Positions 1 through 10,901 of a stretch of 64,000 bases of DNA are shown piece after piece; position 1 is the first letter of the stretch, and every line of letters begins with the position of its first letter. The notes under the pieces are model-generated. The model was given only the letters and a program-made list of their open reading frames with translations, searched no databases and was not told the origin of the DNA. Position numbers and translations under genes: made by a program. Origin of the DNA: Promethearchaeota archaeon (GTDB taxonomy: Archaea; Asgardarchaeota; Lokiarchaeia; Sigyniarchaeales; SOKP01); the NCBI GenBank assembly GCA_016840165.1, contig JAEOSU010000067.1, positions 35,400-99,399 on the forward strand, written 5' to 3'.

Positions 1-441
1 CATAATCCTGTTAATATAATGCCTGAAATAGGATGGAGAACTTCCCCTACTGTTACAGCTACATTCAATGACCTTGAAACAGTAAAAAATATAATTCAAC
101 AACTTAAAAAAGAAGATCTTGGTCTCTCGATTGTCATAAGTGGATTGATTCCTGAAATAAAACGCACTATTAGAGAAGTTGATTTAGATATTCATACAGT
201 ACATTTATCCTTAGGTACATTCGGGAAAAAGGAGTTATTACCATCTGAAAAGGTTTTAGAAATTACTACAATGTGTGGACATCACACAGTTTCTCCAAAA
301 TCAATAACATATTATGTCAAATTGATTAAGCAAGGCAAAATAACGATTGAGATAGCAGCAAAAAAGTTAGCTAGACCTTGTGTATGTGGTATTTTTAATA
401 CTTCTCGAGCAATAGAAATCCTTACTACATTAACTAAATAA
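1..441 (+). CDS. Conserved hypothetical protein, probably 5'-truncated by the window edge; Cys/His motifs suggest metal binding
   Basis: Frame is open from position 1 (HNPVNIM...); motifs TMCGHH and PCVCGIFN. Confidence 0.7.
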   Translation, partial: HNPVNIMPEIGWRTSPTVTATFNDLETVKNIIQQLKKEDLGLSIVISGLIPEIKRTIREVDLDIHTVHLSLGTFGKKELLPSEKVLEITTMCGHHTVSPKSITYYVKLIKQGKITIEIAAKKLARPCVCGIFNTSRAIEILTTLTK

Positions 442-570
442 TATTTTCAAATTTTGCAATACTTGCAATACAGCTCAAGATATAAATACCTAACTATTAT
501 ATTTTCAATTAAAACTGAGCGATTTAGAATTTATAGTTTTTAAATAAAGTTCAATTTGGAGGAAAAATTA

Positions 571-1209
571 ATGAAAATTGGGATAATTGGCACAGGAAGA
601 TTAGGGAGTGCTCTAGGAAAAATTTGGGCAGAAAAGGGTCATATGATTATGTTTGGCTCTCGAGATCCTCAGAAAGCAAAAAAGTTAGCTAATTCAATCG
701 GATCTAATGCAAGTGGAGGAACATATGAAGAAGCTGCAAAATTTGGGGATGTTATCATTCTTGCAGTTCCATGGTCAGGAGCAAAAGAATCAATCAAAAC
801 AGCAGGAAATTTAGATAGTAAGATTATAGTAGATTCTACTACTACTGCTGCACCCCATTTGGGAGGCCCTTTAATAGGACGTACTCCATCTGCAGCAGAA
901 AAAGTCGCAAAATGGGCAGTAGGGGCTAAAGTAATAAAAGCAGTTCATACTATTGGAGTAGAAAGTTTAAATAACTTACAATTTGGTTCCCAAAAAGCAA
1001 ATTTATTTATTTGTGGAGATAATTTAGAAGCAAAATCAATTGTTCGTACTTTGGGAGAGGATATCGGTTTTGAAGTAATAGATGCTGGGCCACTCACAAA
1101 TGCGAGGCTTACTGAACCCCTCGCGATGCTTTGGATTGAATTAGCTTACAAACAAGGCATGGGTACAGACATAGCGTTCAAATTATTACGCCGTAGGAAA
1201 GCTAAATGA
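571..1209 (+). CDS. NADPH-dependent F420 reductase family (F420_oxidored) Rossmann-fold oxidoreductase
   Basis: MKIGIIGTGRLG dinucleotide-binding motif, GSRDPQKA, ILAVPW, ICGD, IDAGPL; GGAGG at 558-562 favours ATG 571 over TTG 556. Confidence 0.85.
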   Translation: MKIGIIGTGRLGSALGKIWAEKGHMIMFGSRDPQKAKKLANSIGSNASGGTYEEAAKFGDVIILAVPWSGAKESIKTAGNLDSKIIVDSTTTAAPHLGGPLIGRTPSAAEKVAKWAVGAKVIKAVHTIGVESLNNLQFGSQKANLFICGDNLEAKSIVRTLGEDIGFEVIDAGPLTNARLTEPLAMLWIELAYKQGMGTDIAFKLLRRRKAK

Positions 1210-1323
1210 AAGAATTAACAAATTAAGTTTTAATACTTTTTATTTTTTACATTAGATTTTTTAAGAGATAAAGACGCAATACTTTAAGTATACTTTAATA
1301 AGAATGCTTGTAAGTACAAAATT

Positions 1324-2265
1324 ATGCAAATTTCAAAATTCAATAGTAATTCTCCATTTGTTCATACTTATTCTATTGTAGCAAGAGATCCCATTACAGG
1401 AGAAATGGGTGTGGGAGTTCAAAGTCATTATTTTTCTGTTGGTTCGGTCGTATCGTGGGGGGAATCTGGCGTTGGAGTAGTTGCTACCCAATCTTTTGTA
1501 AATAAATCTTTTGGATTACGAGGACTTGAGTTATTGAAACAAGGAAAAACTCCTCAAGAAGCAGTAGATATTTTGCTTTCAGATGATGATGGAAGAGATG
1601 TAAGACAAGTTTCAATTTTAGATGTTAAAGGAAAAGTAGCAACTTGTACTGGTTCAAAATGCATAAAATATGCTGGCCATTTTAAAGGAGATAATTTTTC
1701 AGTTCAAGCAAATCTCATGCTCTCGGATAAAGTTTGGCCAAAAATGGCAGAAGCCTATGAAAAGCATAAAACACTTCCATTACCTGATCGAATAATTAGA
1801 TCTATGGAAGCAGCAGAGATTGTAGGAGGGGATATAAGAGGAAAACAGTCTGCAGCATTATTAATTGTAAAGGGTGATCCAGTAGAAAACAAATGGGAGG
1901 ATCCACTGATTGATATTAGAGTGGAGGATCATAATGAGCCTTTAAAAGAATTAGATAGATTACTGAAACTTTGGAGAGCATATAATCACTTGGATAAAGG
2001 TGACCAAGAATTCGAGAAAGGAAATATAAATGAGGCTTTTGAAGAATATAATACTGCTAGAAAAATGTTTCCCGATGATCTTGAGATGAAATATTGGACA
2101 GCAGTTACATTAGCTAATCATCAAAAACTTGATGAAGCTTTACCATTATTCAAAGAAATCTTCAAAAAGGATAATAATTGGCGAATACTTACAGAAAGAT
2201 TACCTGAAACAGATCTTTTAAATGTAAAAAAGGAAGAAATAGACAAAATCCTATCTCTTAAATAA
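1324..2265 (+). CDS. DUF1028 (Ntn-hydrolase-like) protein with C-terminal TPR
   Basis: HTYSIVARDP.TGEMGVGVQS, VATQS, RQVSI, GGDIRGKQSAAL, DIRVEDH.EP; TPR-like helical C-terminus. Confidence 0.85.
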   Translation: MQISKFNSNSPFVHTYSIVARDPITGEMGVGVQSHYFSVGSVVSWGESGVGVVATQSFVNKSFGLRGLELLKQGKTPQEAVDILLSDDDGRDVRQVSILDVKGKVATCTGSKCIKYAGHFKGDNFSVQANLMLSDKVWPKMAEAYEKHKTLPLPDRIIRSMEAAEIVGGDIRGKQSAALLIVKGDPVENKWEDPLIDIRVEDHNEPLKELDRLLKLWRAYNHLDKGDQEFEKGNINEAFEEYNTARKMFPDDLEMKYWTAVTLANHQKLDEALPLFKEIFKKDNNWRILTERLPETDLLNVKKEEIDKILSLK

Positions 2266-2358
2266 GTATTAAAAACATCAGAAAGACTTAAGTAACTTTT
2301 TATATTATCTTATTGAAGTAGAATATAATCTAATTATTGATTTTTATTGTATATAATA

Positions 2359-3408
2359 ATGAAAGTTGCGAGATATTTTAGTAATGATGATATAAGAGAA
2401 GCTGAGATGCAAAAACCAATAATAGGTCCAGGAGAGATTTTAGTTAAAGTTAAAAAATCAGGTATTTGTGGATCTGATATACTGGAATATTATAGAAAGG
2501 CAAAAATGAAAAAGTTGGGTGTAAGCTCACTCATCTTAGGTCATGAAATTGCTGGAGAAATAGTTGAGAAAGGTGATAATGTAAAGCACCTTAAAGTTGG
2601 AGATCGCGTATTCGTCTCTCACCACGTTCCATGCTTTGAATGTCATTACTGTGAACAAGGTCATCATACGGCATGTGATCTGCTCCATAATACAAATTAT
2701 GACCCGGGTGGTTTTGCTGAGTTTATTCGAGTCCCGAAAATTAATATTGAAAAAAAAGGGGTTTTGGTGTTAGATAAAAATGTATCTTATGAAGAAGGAG
2801 TTTTAATTGAACCACTTGGTTGTGTGTGCCGTGCTCAAAGATTAGTTAATGTAAAAAAAGGTTTAACTGTTCTGGTACTAGGTAGTGGTGTATCTGGTAT
2901 ATTGCATATTCAATTAGCTAAACTAAGAGGAGCCAAGAAGGTAATAGCAACTGATATTAATGAATTTCGATTGCAGATGGCAAAAAAATTTGGAGCAGAT
3001 TATGTTTTTCATGCACAAGAAGATATCGCTACTGAATTAAAAAAGGTTAATGAAGATAGATTAGCAGATATAATAATAGTTTGTGCGGGTGCTTTATCTG
3101 CTGCAGAACAAGCATTAAATTGCGTAGCACCAGGAAGTAAAATTGTGTTTTTTGCAGTTCCAGAACCAGGGATAAATCTTGAAGTTCCTATAAATGATTA
3201 TTGGAGAAATGAAATTACTATTATGACATCCTATGGTGCAGCGCCAGAAGACCTTGATGAGGCATATAATTGGATACTTTCAAAAAGAATCAATGTAGAA
3301 GAATTGATAACTCACCGGTTTCCCTTAAGTAAGGCTGGAGATGCTTTTAAAGTGGTTTGCGAGGCTGCTGAGTCTTTGAAGGTGATTATAGAACCAGAAA
3401 AAGGCTAA
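2359..3408 (+). CDS. Zinc-dependent medium-chain dehydrogenase (sorbitol/threonine dehydrogenase-like)
   Basis: GICGSD, LGHE.AG, structural Zn motif C-x2-C-x2-C-x7-C, GSGVSG; ATG 2359 preferred over TTG 2347. Confidence 0.9.
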   Translation: MKVARYFSNDDIREAEMQKPIIGPGEILVKVKKSGICGSDILEYYRKAKMKKLGVSSLILGHEIAGEIVEKGDNVKHLKVGDRVFVSHHVPCFECHYCEQGHHTACDLLHNTNYDPGGFAEFIRVPKINIEKKGVLVLDKNVSYEEGVLIEPLGCVCRAQRLVNVKKGLTVLVLGSGVSGILHIQLAKLRGAKKVIATDINEFRLQMAKKFGADYVFHAQEDIATELKKVNEDRLADIIIVCAGALSAAEQALNCVAPGSKIVFFAVPEPGINLEVPINDYWRNEITIMTSYGAAPEDLDEAYNWILSKRINVEELITHRFPLSKAGDAFKVVCEAAESLKVIIEPEKG

Positions 3409-3419
3409 ATTGTATAATA

Positions 3420-4385
3420 TTATCTCTTAAAATAGTCAGATTGTTGAATATGTTTTCGAATTATCCATGATTCCCAAAAACTATATATTTCTAATACAAC
3501 ACCCTTTAATTTCTTTTTAGGGAAAAATAAATCCATTTGCAGTAATTTTTTAACTACTTTATTCTCATTTTTATTTAAGATCTCAAGTGATATTAATGTT
3601 TTATCAACTTTCTCTTGGTTATTCTTAATTTTTTTTCTCATATATTCAAAAGGGTGTGTGTTTGGACTCTTCACAAAGTAGGAATGACTTGAAGTTAAAT
3701 ATTTACCATTTTTAAGAAAAAATGCTTCTGCTTTATTAATATCTTCTAAATATTGAGGAATTGAGCATTGTTTAAATCCATACCAGGGACCAAAACCTTC
3801 TACTTCAGGCTTGGGTTTATCAAATCCTAAGCAACTGATGTGGAAAATTCTCTCTTTAGGTAAAAAGAAACCTATATGTCCTTTTGAATGCCCAGAGAAA
3901 GAAATTGTATCTATCTTAAAATCTTCAAACTTTAATGAATCTCCTGGATTAAAAGAATTAACGTGATTACACTTTTGGAATCCGTTTAATTTTGCGAAAT
4001 GGTTAACAATATTAAAGTCTAATTCATCATCAAACCCAAAACCTTTATAAAATTTATGAAGATCTAATAAATAATTTGCTTCTGGATATGGTGCGTGAAT
4101 TTTAGCTCCAAGTTCTTCCCATGCGTGAACATGACAAGTGTGATCAAGATGACCATGAGAACAAACATAATTTGAAACAGGACCATAAATATGATTTAGT
4201 GAATTCACATATCTTGGCTCGATATTCAAATCAAGTGCTATAGTTTTTCTATTTCGAACTGGCTTTGGTAAAACAAGAAGACCATCGCAGCAAGAAAAAA
4301 AGAATGGTGGTTTAATTTGATGGATTAATAAAATATCTTCCGTTACTTTTCTAATCTCAAGATTATCAATTTTAGGTAAAGTCAT
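3420..4385 (-). CDS. MBL-fold metallo-hydrolase
   Basis: SHGHLDH (HxHxDH), SGHSKGH, terminal SSH. Confidence 0.85.
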   Translation of the reverse strand: MTLPKIDNLEIRKVTEDILLIHQIKPPFFFSCCDGLLVLPKPVRNRKTIALDLNIEPRYVNSLNHIYGPVSNYVCSHGHLDHTCHVHAWEELGAKIHAPYPEANYLLDLHKFYKGFGFDDELDFNIVNHFAKLNGFQKCNHVNSFNPGDSLKFEDFKIDTISFSGHSKGHIGFFLPKERIFHISCLGFDKPKPEVEGFGPWYGFKQCSIPQYLEDINKAEAFFLKNGKYLTSSHSYFVKSPNTHPFEYMRKKIKNNQEKVDKTLISLEILNKNENKVVKKLLQMDLFFPKKKLKGVVLEIYSFWESWIIRKHIQQSDYFKR

Positions 4386-4542
4386 AAAATGAGGTTCTGA
4401 AAAATAGTCAAATTATTGCGATGAAAAATAAATTAGAATTTAATAACTTAACCTTAAAGAAATATTTTTTTTCAGAATTAACTCCTCATGATTATAAAGA
4501 AAAAAAAGAGAATTTGGAATTTGAATTTATCCTTATCTACTT

Positions 4543-4947
4543 TTAAAGTAGTGGTTTCATCTTTTCCTCTTGCTGTAGAAAAGTAAGTACAAAGAGTACT
4601 AGCAGAACTATAAAAATTATAAGGGTTACTACACCCATTCCTATATTAAAAACCGCGAAATTAATAATTGCTGCAATTAATCCTGTTGCCAACCATACCA
4701 ATTCAGCAATAATTACAATTTTCACTTCTTTCCATTCTTTTGCTAAGAAACCACATAAAGAACTCACTGTCAAACCTGCGCCAGAAGCACCCAAAATCAT
4801 TAATATAGCCCCAATTTCATCGGTATAAGTCATTCCATATATAGGCACGGTAATTTCTGGTATAAAGAATAAAACCGTTAAAATAATCCCTATAACAAAA
4901 TGGATTATAAAAGTTATTTTCGTAAATTTTTGAATCTCTTCAACCAT
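4543..4947 (-). CDS. Small four-TM membrane protein
   Basis: Four hydrophobic segments in 134 aa. Confidence 0.75.
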   Translation of the reverse strand: MVEEIQKFTKITFIIHFVIGIILTVLFFIPEITVPIYGMTYTDEIGAILMILGASGAGLTVSSLCGFLAKEWKEVKIVIIAELVWLATGLIAAIINFAVFNIGMGVVTLIIFIVLLVLFVLTFLQQEEKMKPLL

Positions 4948-5094
4948 TTTTCAAATCACTTTTTTGTTAGGTTTATTTAAATAGATGATTTTGAATTATT
5001 ATTTTCCTTAGTATATAAATGTTGAAATCTCAATAATATTAGTTTAGATATGAAATTCAATTAAAAATAAAAAAATAAGAAAATAAAAAAGTAA

Positions 5095-5889
5095 TTATAG
5101 CCCTACAGGGCCTTGTTTATAGATCTCATAAGCTTCATCAACTGAAACATTATCATGAACTATAGCTCTCACGGCTTTAATCATGCCAATAGGTTTATCT
5201 GATTGGAAAATATTCCTTCCCATGTCTACTCCAACGGCATTTTTTTCAATTGCATTCTTTGCCATCTGCAATGCATCTCTTTCCTCGATTTTCTTCCCTC
5301 CAGCAATTACGATTGGTGCTGGGCAAATGCTAGTTACTTCCTCAAAATTTTCACAATAATAAGTCTTTACAAAAGTAGCTCCCATTTCTGCAGCCATTCT
5401 ACTTGCCATTCCGAGATAACGTGCATCTCTCACCATTTCTCTCCCTACTGCTGTGACCGCAAGTACGGGTACTCCATAAGTTTGCCCAAAATTCACAAGC
5501 TTAGAGAGGTTCATTAAAGTCTGTTTCTCATACTCACCTCCAACGAAAATAGAACAAGTAATAGCAGAAACATTCAACCTTATCGCATCCTCGATTGAAA
5601 CATTGATTTCTTCGTTTGAAAGTTCCTTAAGCATACTAGCACCAGCAGAAACTCTTAAAACAATAGGAACATCTATTTCAGAAGGAACACAATTTCTTAG
5701 CATACCACGTGTTAGCATTAAAGCATCTGCATATTCAAATAAAGGTGTCATATCTGCAAAACATTTCAGTTGCCCAGGGACATTTCCAAAATACCCATGA
5801 TCTATAGCCAGCATTACACAACGTCCACTCTTGGGCCTAATTATTCTATTCAATCTGTTTTGAAAGCCCCAATCACCTATTACTACCAT
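5095..5889 (-). CDS. lsrF: LsrF-like thiolase (DhnA-type class I aldolase family)
   Basis: DWG..NRL.RI..PKSGR.VMLA.DHGYF, VTAVG.EMVRDARY, FVKTYY (catalytic Lys), IVIAGGKK, GVDMGRNIFQ. Confidence 0.85.
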   Translation of the reverse strand: MVVIGDWGFQNRLNRIIRPKSGRCVMLAIDHGYFGNVPGQLKCFADMTPLFEYADALMLTRGMLRNCVPSEIDVPIVLRVSAGASMLKELSNEEINVSIEDAIRLNVSAITCSIFVGGEYEKQTLMNLSKLVNFGQTYGVPVLAVTAVGREMVRDARYLGMASRMAAEMGATFVKTYYCENFEEVTSICPAPIVIAGGKKIEERDALQMAKNAIEKNAVGVDMGRNIFQSDKPIGMIKAVRAIVHDNVSVDEAYEIYKQGPVGL

Positions 5890-6007
5890 TTATAATTCAC
5901 TTTTTATATTATTGGTTATATTTATAGTTAATTTTTGTAAATTAATTATCGATCTTTATTTTATTTTTACTAAAAATTGGAGTTTACAAAGTTTCATAAG
6001 AAATTAG

Positions 6008-6856
6008 TTATATGACACTTAAAAACTCTCCAACTCTACTTTTTATCTTTGAGACAATCTTCACAGAGATATTTCTTCTAATAAATTCTTTAATCAAATT
6101 CAAACGATAAGTACTTATTTTTTTTATTTTTAATGCTTTAGATAATTGTTCAATTAAATCATCTTCATAAATATTATCAACTGTTTCAAGAATGGAAACA
6201 ACATAATTCACTTCACTTATAAATCGGGAAATATCTTGTTGAAGAAGCTTTTGTTGCTCTTGTTCATCAATAATTTCTAAAGCTCTTTTTAGAATTTGTT
6301 CTTCAAACTTTAGTTTTTCTTTCCATGGCGTTTGAAAAATATGTTGTTGTGTATCCATTATCAATGCATCTTTATCTTTTACTTTAATTTTACTAATATC
6401 AGGTTCATCGAGTAAATAGATTGTTTTACTTCCTCTAAAACTTTCGGGTAATATATTATCGCCTACTTTGTTTAATATTTCTTCAGAATACTCAAAAAAA
6501 TCATCCTTTATAATATAAGCAGGATAATTAAAAATCTTAGCATGAATTAGACTAAAAATTCCATAAGTACCAAAAGTTTGAATTAAATTTCTAAGATTTA
6601 TTCTTCCTTCAGCCTCTCTCTCTGCTTCAGGAGAAATAGTAACTATATGAAGGTCAATTTTTTCATAGCCCCTTACAATTCCTTTAGTATCTACAAATAC
6701 TATAAATTGGTGCTTTGGACATACTGCATTTATGGGTACTTGAATTTTGATGGTCCCAAACTTTTTTTGTGAAAAAACAGCTTCAGGAATATTAATTGTT
6801 TTTGCTATACCACATATAGGGCATTTTACTTCGAGGACTTTAAATGTATTACTCAT
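6008..6856 (-). CDS. Hypothetical protein with N-terminal Zn-ribbon-like motif
   Basis: CPICG...CPKHQFIVFVD..G.VRGYEKID followed by a helical C-terminal part. Confidence 0.75.
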   Translation of the reverse strand: MSNTFKVLEVKCPICGIAKTINIPEAVFSQKKFGTIKIQVPINAVCPKHQFIVFVDTKGIVRGYEKIDLHIVTISPEAEREAEGRINLRNLIQTFGTYGIFSLIHAKIFNYPAYIIKDDFFEYSEEILNKVGDNILPESFRGSKTIYLLDEPDISKIKVKDKDALIMDTQQHIFQTPWKEKLKFEEQILKRALEIIDEQEQQKLLQQDISRFISEVNYVVSILETVDNIYEDDLIEQLSKALKIKKISTYRLNLIKEFIRRNISVKIVSKIKSRVGEFLSVI

Positions 6857-6965
6857 CTTTCAAATTAACTAATTTGATCAGATCCTAATAATAATACATC
6901 AACTCTACATAAAAAGATTAACAAATTTCTTAAAATCTGATATTAGATATTTAGAATTAGTGTAA

Positions 6966-7700
6966 TTACAGTTTTGTCGCAAAGCTTTCATTTTTTAAGC
7001 TGACTAATTTTTTATTCCAATTCTTATAATCCATAACATAATTATATCCACATACTGTTTCGATATTTTGTTTTTTAACGATTTCTTTTATTCTTTTTAC
7101 CCCATCCATAGTTGAATGAGCAGGACCGTAAGGATTTAAAATCAGATTTTCTTCTCTTAAGAAAAAATAATCACAAATAAAAAGCACATCTTCGAAAATA
7201 TAAAATGTAAATCCTGGTGTATGTCCATTAATAATGTGGGCTTCAATGCCTTCAAGTTTAAAATCATGTTCAAATTTCTTATCAAATGGATGTTTACTAG
7301 CAATTGGAAGTTCTGAATCTTTCTTATGGATCCAAATAAAGGTTGTATAATAAGCCCTATAAAGATTAGATGCTCCTAGAAAATGAGGGTGTGTAAATAA
7401 TATTTTATCCATAGGTTCTAAATCCTTACTGAATGTAGAAGGACAATCAATCCATATATTCTTACCCTTTATTTTAATACAATAAGCTGAATGCTCAAAT
7501 CCTAATTTAGGGTAAGAATTTAAACGATCAATTTTATTATTAATTTTAGAACTCACAATTGAATATTTTTGAGAACACTCTTCTGCGGTAATAAAATTTT
7601 CATGAGATACCCCACAAAAAGGACAGGATTCTGGATAATAACCCCCAATTATATTATACCCGCATCTTTTACAAACGTATTGTTCTTTCAATAATTTCAT
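6966..7700 (-). CDS. Rubredoxin-like domain fused to an MBL-fold domain
   Basis: CKRCGY...CPFCG at the N-terminus; THPHF, GHTPG and FICD MBL-like motifs. Confidence 0.8.
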   Translation of the reverse strand: MKLLKEQYVCKRCGYNIIGGYYPESCPFCGVSHENFITAEECSQKYSIVSSKINNKIDRLNSYPKLGFEHSAYCIKIKGKNIWIDCPSTFSKDLEPMDKILFTHPHFLGASNLYRAYYTTFIWIHKKDSELPIASKHPFDKKFEHDFKLEGIEAHIINGHTPGFTFYIFEDVLFICDYFFLREENLILNPYGPAHSTMDGVKRIKEIVKKQNIETVCGYNYVMDYKNWNKKLVSLKNESFATKL

Positions 7701-7794
7701 TTTTCTAGGAAAAAATCACTTCAAAGAAACTCTCTTTAAATTAATTCTTCTTAAATATGTAAAAAGTTTTTTTAAAAAATTAATTAATTCCATT

Positions 7795-9090
7795 ATGAAA
7801 ATAGATATTTCTAAAGAAGATTCAGAATTTTTGTATAATTTTGTTCATCGAATAATTACAGAAGTGGGACCAAGAATACCTTGTAGTTCTCAAGAAGCTA
7901 AAGCCGCTGAAATTATTGAAAAAGAGTTTAAAAAATCCTGTGATGAAGTTTTGATGGAAGATTTCACTTGTCATCCGAAAGCATTTTTAGGTTGGATTAA
8001 GCTGGATATGATTATGATTGTAATATCGATTCTTCTTTATTTCTTAAGTCAAGTATTTACAAATTATTATTGGTTGTTGATTATAGCTATATTTTCCTTT
8101 TTGTTTGTATTAATCCCTTTTTTGGTTATGTGGGAGGAATTTTTTAATTATAAAGAGTTTATAGATCCACTATTTCGTAAAAAAACCTCCAAAAATGTAA
8201 TTGGGAAATTTAAACCAAAAGGAGAGCTAAAAAAAATCATAATCTTTTCTAGCCATATGGATAGCGCTATTGAATTTAAATTGTTGAAACTTTTAGGTTG
8301 GAAATTTATACCCATTGCATTTGGGGGAATATTCATAATGTCAATGTGGTTAATTCTTTCATTTTCACATCTTTTAATTATTTTGATTGGTATAATTAGC
8401 TTAAAGGCAATTTTTTTTAATGTAATGATTTGGACTCTTATTATAGGAAGCCCATGTATTATAGGACTTTATTTTTTTGTACCACTGGGAGATAAGGGAA
8501 ATGTAGTACCTGGTGCTGTAGATAATCTAAGTAGTTGCTCAGTTGTTCAAGGGATAGGACGATATTTAAAAAAAAATAGGGACTTAATCCCAAATAATAC
8601 TGAAATAAGATTAATAAGCTTTGGTTGTGAAGAAGCTGGTTTGAGAGGGGCATATCGGTATGTAGAAGCTCATTATGAAGAGTTAAAAAAATATGATGCA
8701 GTAGTTGTAAATATGGATGGTCTTGAGTCTCCTGATCATTTTCAAATAATCGAATTTGAACCTACTACGAGAACTTGGCATTCAGAGGAAGTTATTCAAA
8801 ACCTATTAAAGGCAGCAAAATTAGTTGAGGTTAAAACAAAACGATTTGGTGCAGGAAAATTAGAGAAAACAGTAGGGCGTTTAAGTGGGGGTTCCGATGC
8901 CGCAGCATTTTCAAAAGCAGGTATTAAAGCAGGATTTCTAAATTCCGCAGATTGGAGGACACGTTCAAAATATTATCATCAATCTACAGATACATTAGAT
9001 AAAATCAAAACTGGAACATTAGAGTGCGCATTAAAAATTTGTATTGCTTTTCTAATGAATGAAAAAAATACTAATTATGAATTTTCATAA
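7795..9090 (+). CDS. M28 family metallopeptidase with inserted TM segments
   Basis: SSHMDS, GAVDNLS, GCEEAGLRGA, NMD, GSD, YYHQSTD. Confidence 0.9.
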   Translation: MKIDISKEDSEFLYNFVHRIITEVGPRIPCSSQEAKAAEIIEKEFKKSCDEVLMEDFTCHPKAFLGWIKLDMIMIVISILLYFLSQVFTNYYWLLIIAIFSFLFVLIPFLVMWEEFFNYKEFIDPLFRKKTSKNVIGKFKPKGELKKIIIFSSHMDSAIEFKLLKLLGWKFIPIAFGGIFIMSMWLILSFSHLLIILIGIISLKAIFFNVMIWTLIIGSPCIIGLYFFVPLGDKGNVVPGAVDNLSSCSVVQGIGRYLKKNRDLIPNNTEIRLISFGCEEAGLRGAYRYVEAHYEELKKYDAVVVNMDGLESPDHFQIIEFEPTTRTWHSEEVIQNLLKAAKLVEVKTKRFGAGKLEKTVGRLSGGSDAAAFSKAGIKAGFLNSADWRTRSKYYHQSTDTLDKIKTGTLECALKICIAFLMNEKNTNYEFS

Positions 9091-10725
9091 TCATGTTTTT
9101 CTTAAAGGCATTCCAGACAATGATCCTGTAAAATTTCCCTGATCATATGCAATCACTCCGTTTACGAAAACATATTCAACGCCTTCAGAATATAATCGAG
9201 GATTTTCATACGTTGCTTTATCAATTATTTTATCTGCATCAAATATGGTGATATCCGCCCAATATCCTTCTTTAAGTAAGCCACGATCTTTTAATCCCAA
9301 TTTCTGTGCAGGAAATGAAGTCATTTTTTTAATTGCATCATGTAAAGTAATTAATTTTTTTTCACGGACATACTTTCCTAATACCTGAGTAAAAGTACCA
9401 TTACAGTAAGGATTTGGAAAAACCTCAGAATTTTCTGGTATTATTAACCCATCAGAGGCAATCATGGAAAGTGGATGCACAATTGTTACAATATTATCTT
9501 CAGCAGTTATCGAAAGGTATGTTGCGTTTACAGCACCATTTTGATCTATTAAAATTTCAATAATTGCTTCTCTTGGATCGATTTTTTTCTCTAATGAAAT
9601 TTGGTATACATGTTTACCGTTATATTCTTTGCTTTTAGGAGCATTTATATATACCTTCACCCAATCTTTTTCTTCCTTGATATTCAAAAAACTGCCAGCG
9701 ATCACACTCATTTCTCGAAGTATCTTACTTTTTAAATCATTATCGTTTTTAGATTTTTTTAAAATATCTATCGCACGAGGAATGTCTACTCTTTCATTTG
9801 ATTGGTAAATCCAAGGCGGTACCATAGCAAACAAAAAAGTGTAATTTGATGCATGAGGAAATACATCAAAAGTTACATCTAAACCCTCTTCACGGGCTCT
9901 TTCGACAACTTTACAAGCTTTTCTGATATCTCCTGGCCAAAATCCAAAGGGTTTAAAATGAGAAATTTCTACGGGTATCCCTGTTCTAGCAATCTTAACG
10001 GCCTCTTTCGTAGCCCTTACTAATCCGCTTCCAAATCCGCGAAAGTGAGTAGTATAAATTCCATCATATTCACTAACAACTTTACAGAGCTCAATAATTT
10101 CATCAGTTTTGGCAAAAGAGCCTGGGGGATAGTCTAAACCTGTTGACATGCCGAATGCCCCCTGTTCCATTTGTTCTCTTAGAATATCTTTCATTTTTTT
10201 CAATTCTTCAGAGTTTGGGGCTCTTTTGTCTAAACCAAGGGTTAAAATCCTTATCATCGAATGACCTACTAATGGAGCAATGTTAATGGGGATCCCTTTT
10301 TGCTTTAAATCGGCTAAATATCCACTTAATTTACGATATGTTTTATATTTATCTCCAGATGAAATGAGAGATCTAAACATATCATAAATTTCATCTCCAG
10401 CTCTCTTTGGATCGATTGGTGTCATTGAAAATCCACAATTCCCGACAACATGAGTAGTTACTCCTTGTGTCAATACATTCTCACCTCGACTTAAAAAAAT
10501 TGTTTGATCTGAATGTGTGTGGATATCAATAAAACCAGGTGAAACAATTAAACCTGAAGCATCAATTACTACATCAATATCTTTTTTTCTAATGGTACGA
10601 GCAATTTCTTTAATTTTACCATTATCAATTAATAAATCTGCTTTAAACCAAGGATTTCCTGTTCCATCAATTATTTTTCCATTCTTGATTAAAAAAGAGT
10701 TTTTATTAGAGTTTTGTCCTTTCAT
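9091..10725 (-). CDS. D-aminoacylase (N-acyl-D-amino-acid deacylase), amidohydrolase family
   Basis: IIDGTGNPW, PGFIDIHTHSD, GNCG.S, STGLDY.PG, SDG, KMTS.PA..LGL.DRG.L..G..ADI. Confidence 0.92.
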   Translation of the reverse strand: MKGQNSNKNSFLIKNGKIIDGTGNPWFKADLLIDNGKIKEIARTIRKKDIDVVIDASGLIVSPGFIDIHTHSDQTIFLSRGENVLTQGVTTHVVGNCGFSMTPIDPKRAGDEIYDMFRSLISSGDKYKTYRKLSGYLADLKQKGIPINIAPLVGHSMIRILTLGLDKRAPNSEELKKMKDILREQMEQGAFGMSTGLDYPPGSFAKTDEIIELCKVVSEYDGIYTTHFRGFGSGLVRATKEAVKIARTGIPVEISHFKPFGFWPGDIRKACKVVERAREEGLDVTFDVFPHASNYTFLFAMVPPWIYQSNERVDIPRAIDILKKSKNDNDLKSKILREMSVIAGSFLNIKEEKDWVKVYINAPKSKEYNGKHVYQISLEKKIDPREAIIEILIDQNGAVNATYLSITAEDNIVTIVHPLSMIASDGLIIPENSEVFPNPYCNGTFTQVLGKYVREKKLITLHDAIKKMTSFPAQKLGLKDRGLLKEGYWADITIFDADKIIDKATYENPRLYSEGVEYVFVNGVIAYDQGNFTGSLSGMPLRKT

Positions 10726-10901
10726 AAAAATCAGAATTTTTTATTTTTTTATTAAAAGTGATCTTTATTTTTGGGGATATAAATATTGAATTATTTATAT
10801 ACTCTTGAAATCTTTACTGAAAATCCTACCTTTTTTATTTCGAAAATATAAAGAATTAATAGATTGAACAAAAAAAATAGAATTTATTATTATATTTTCT
10901 A

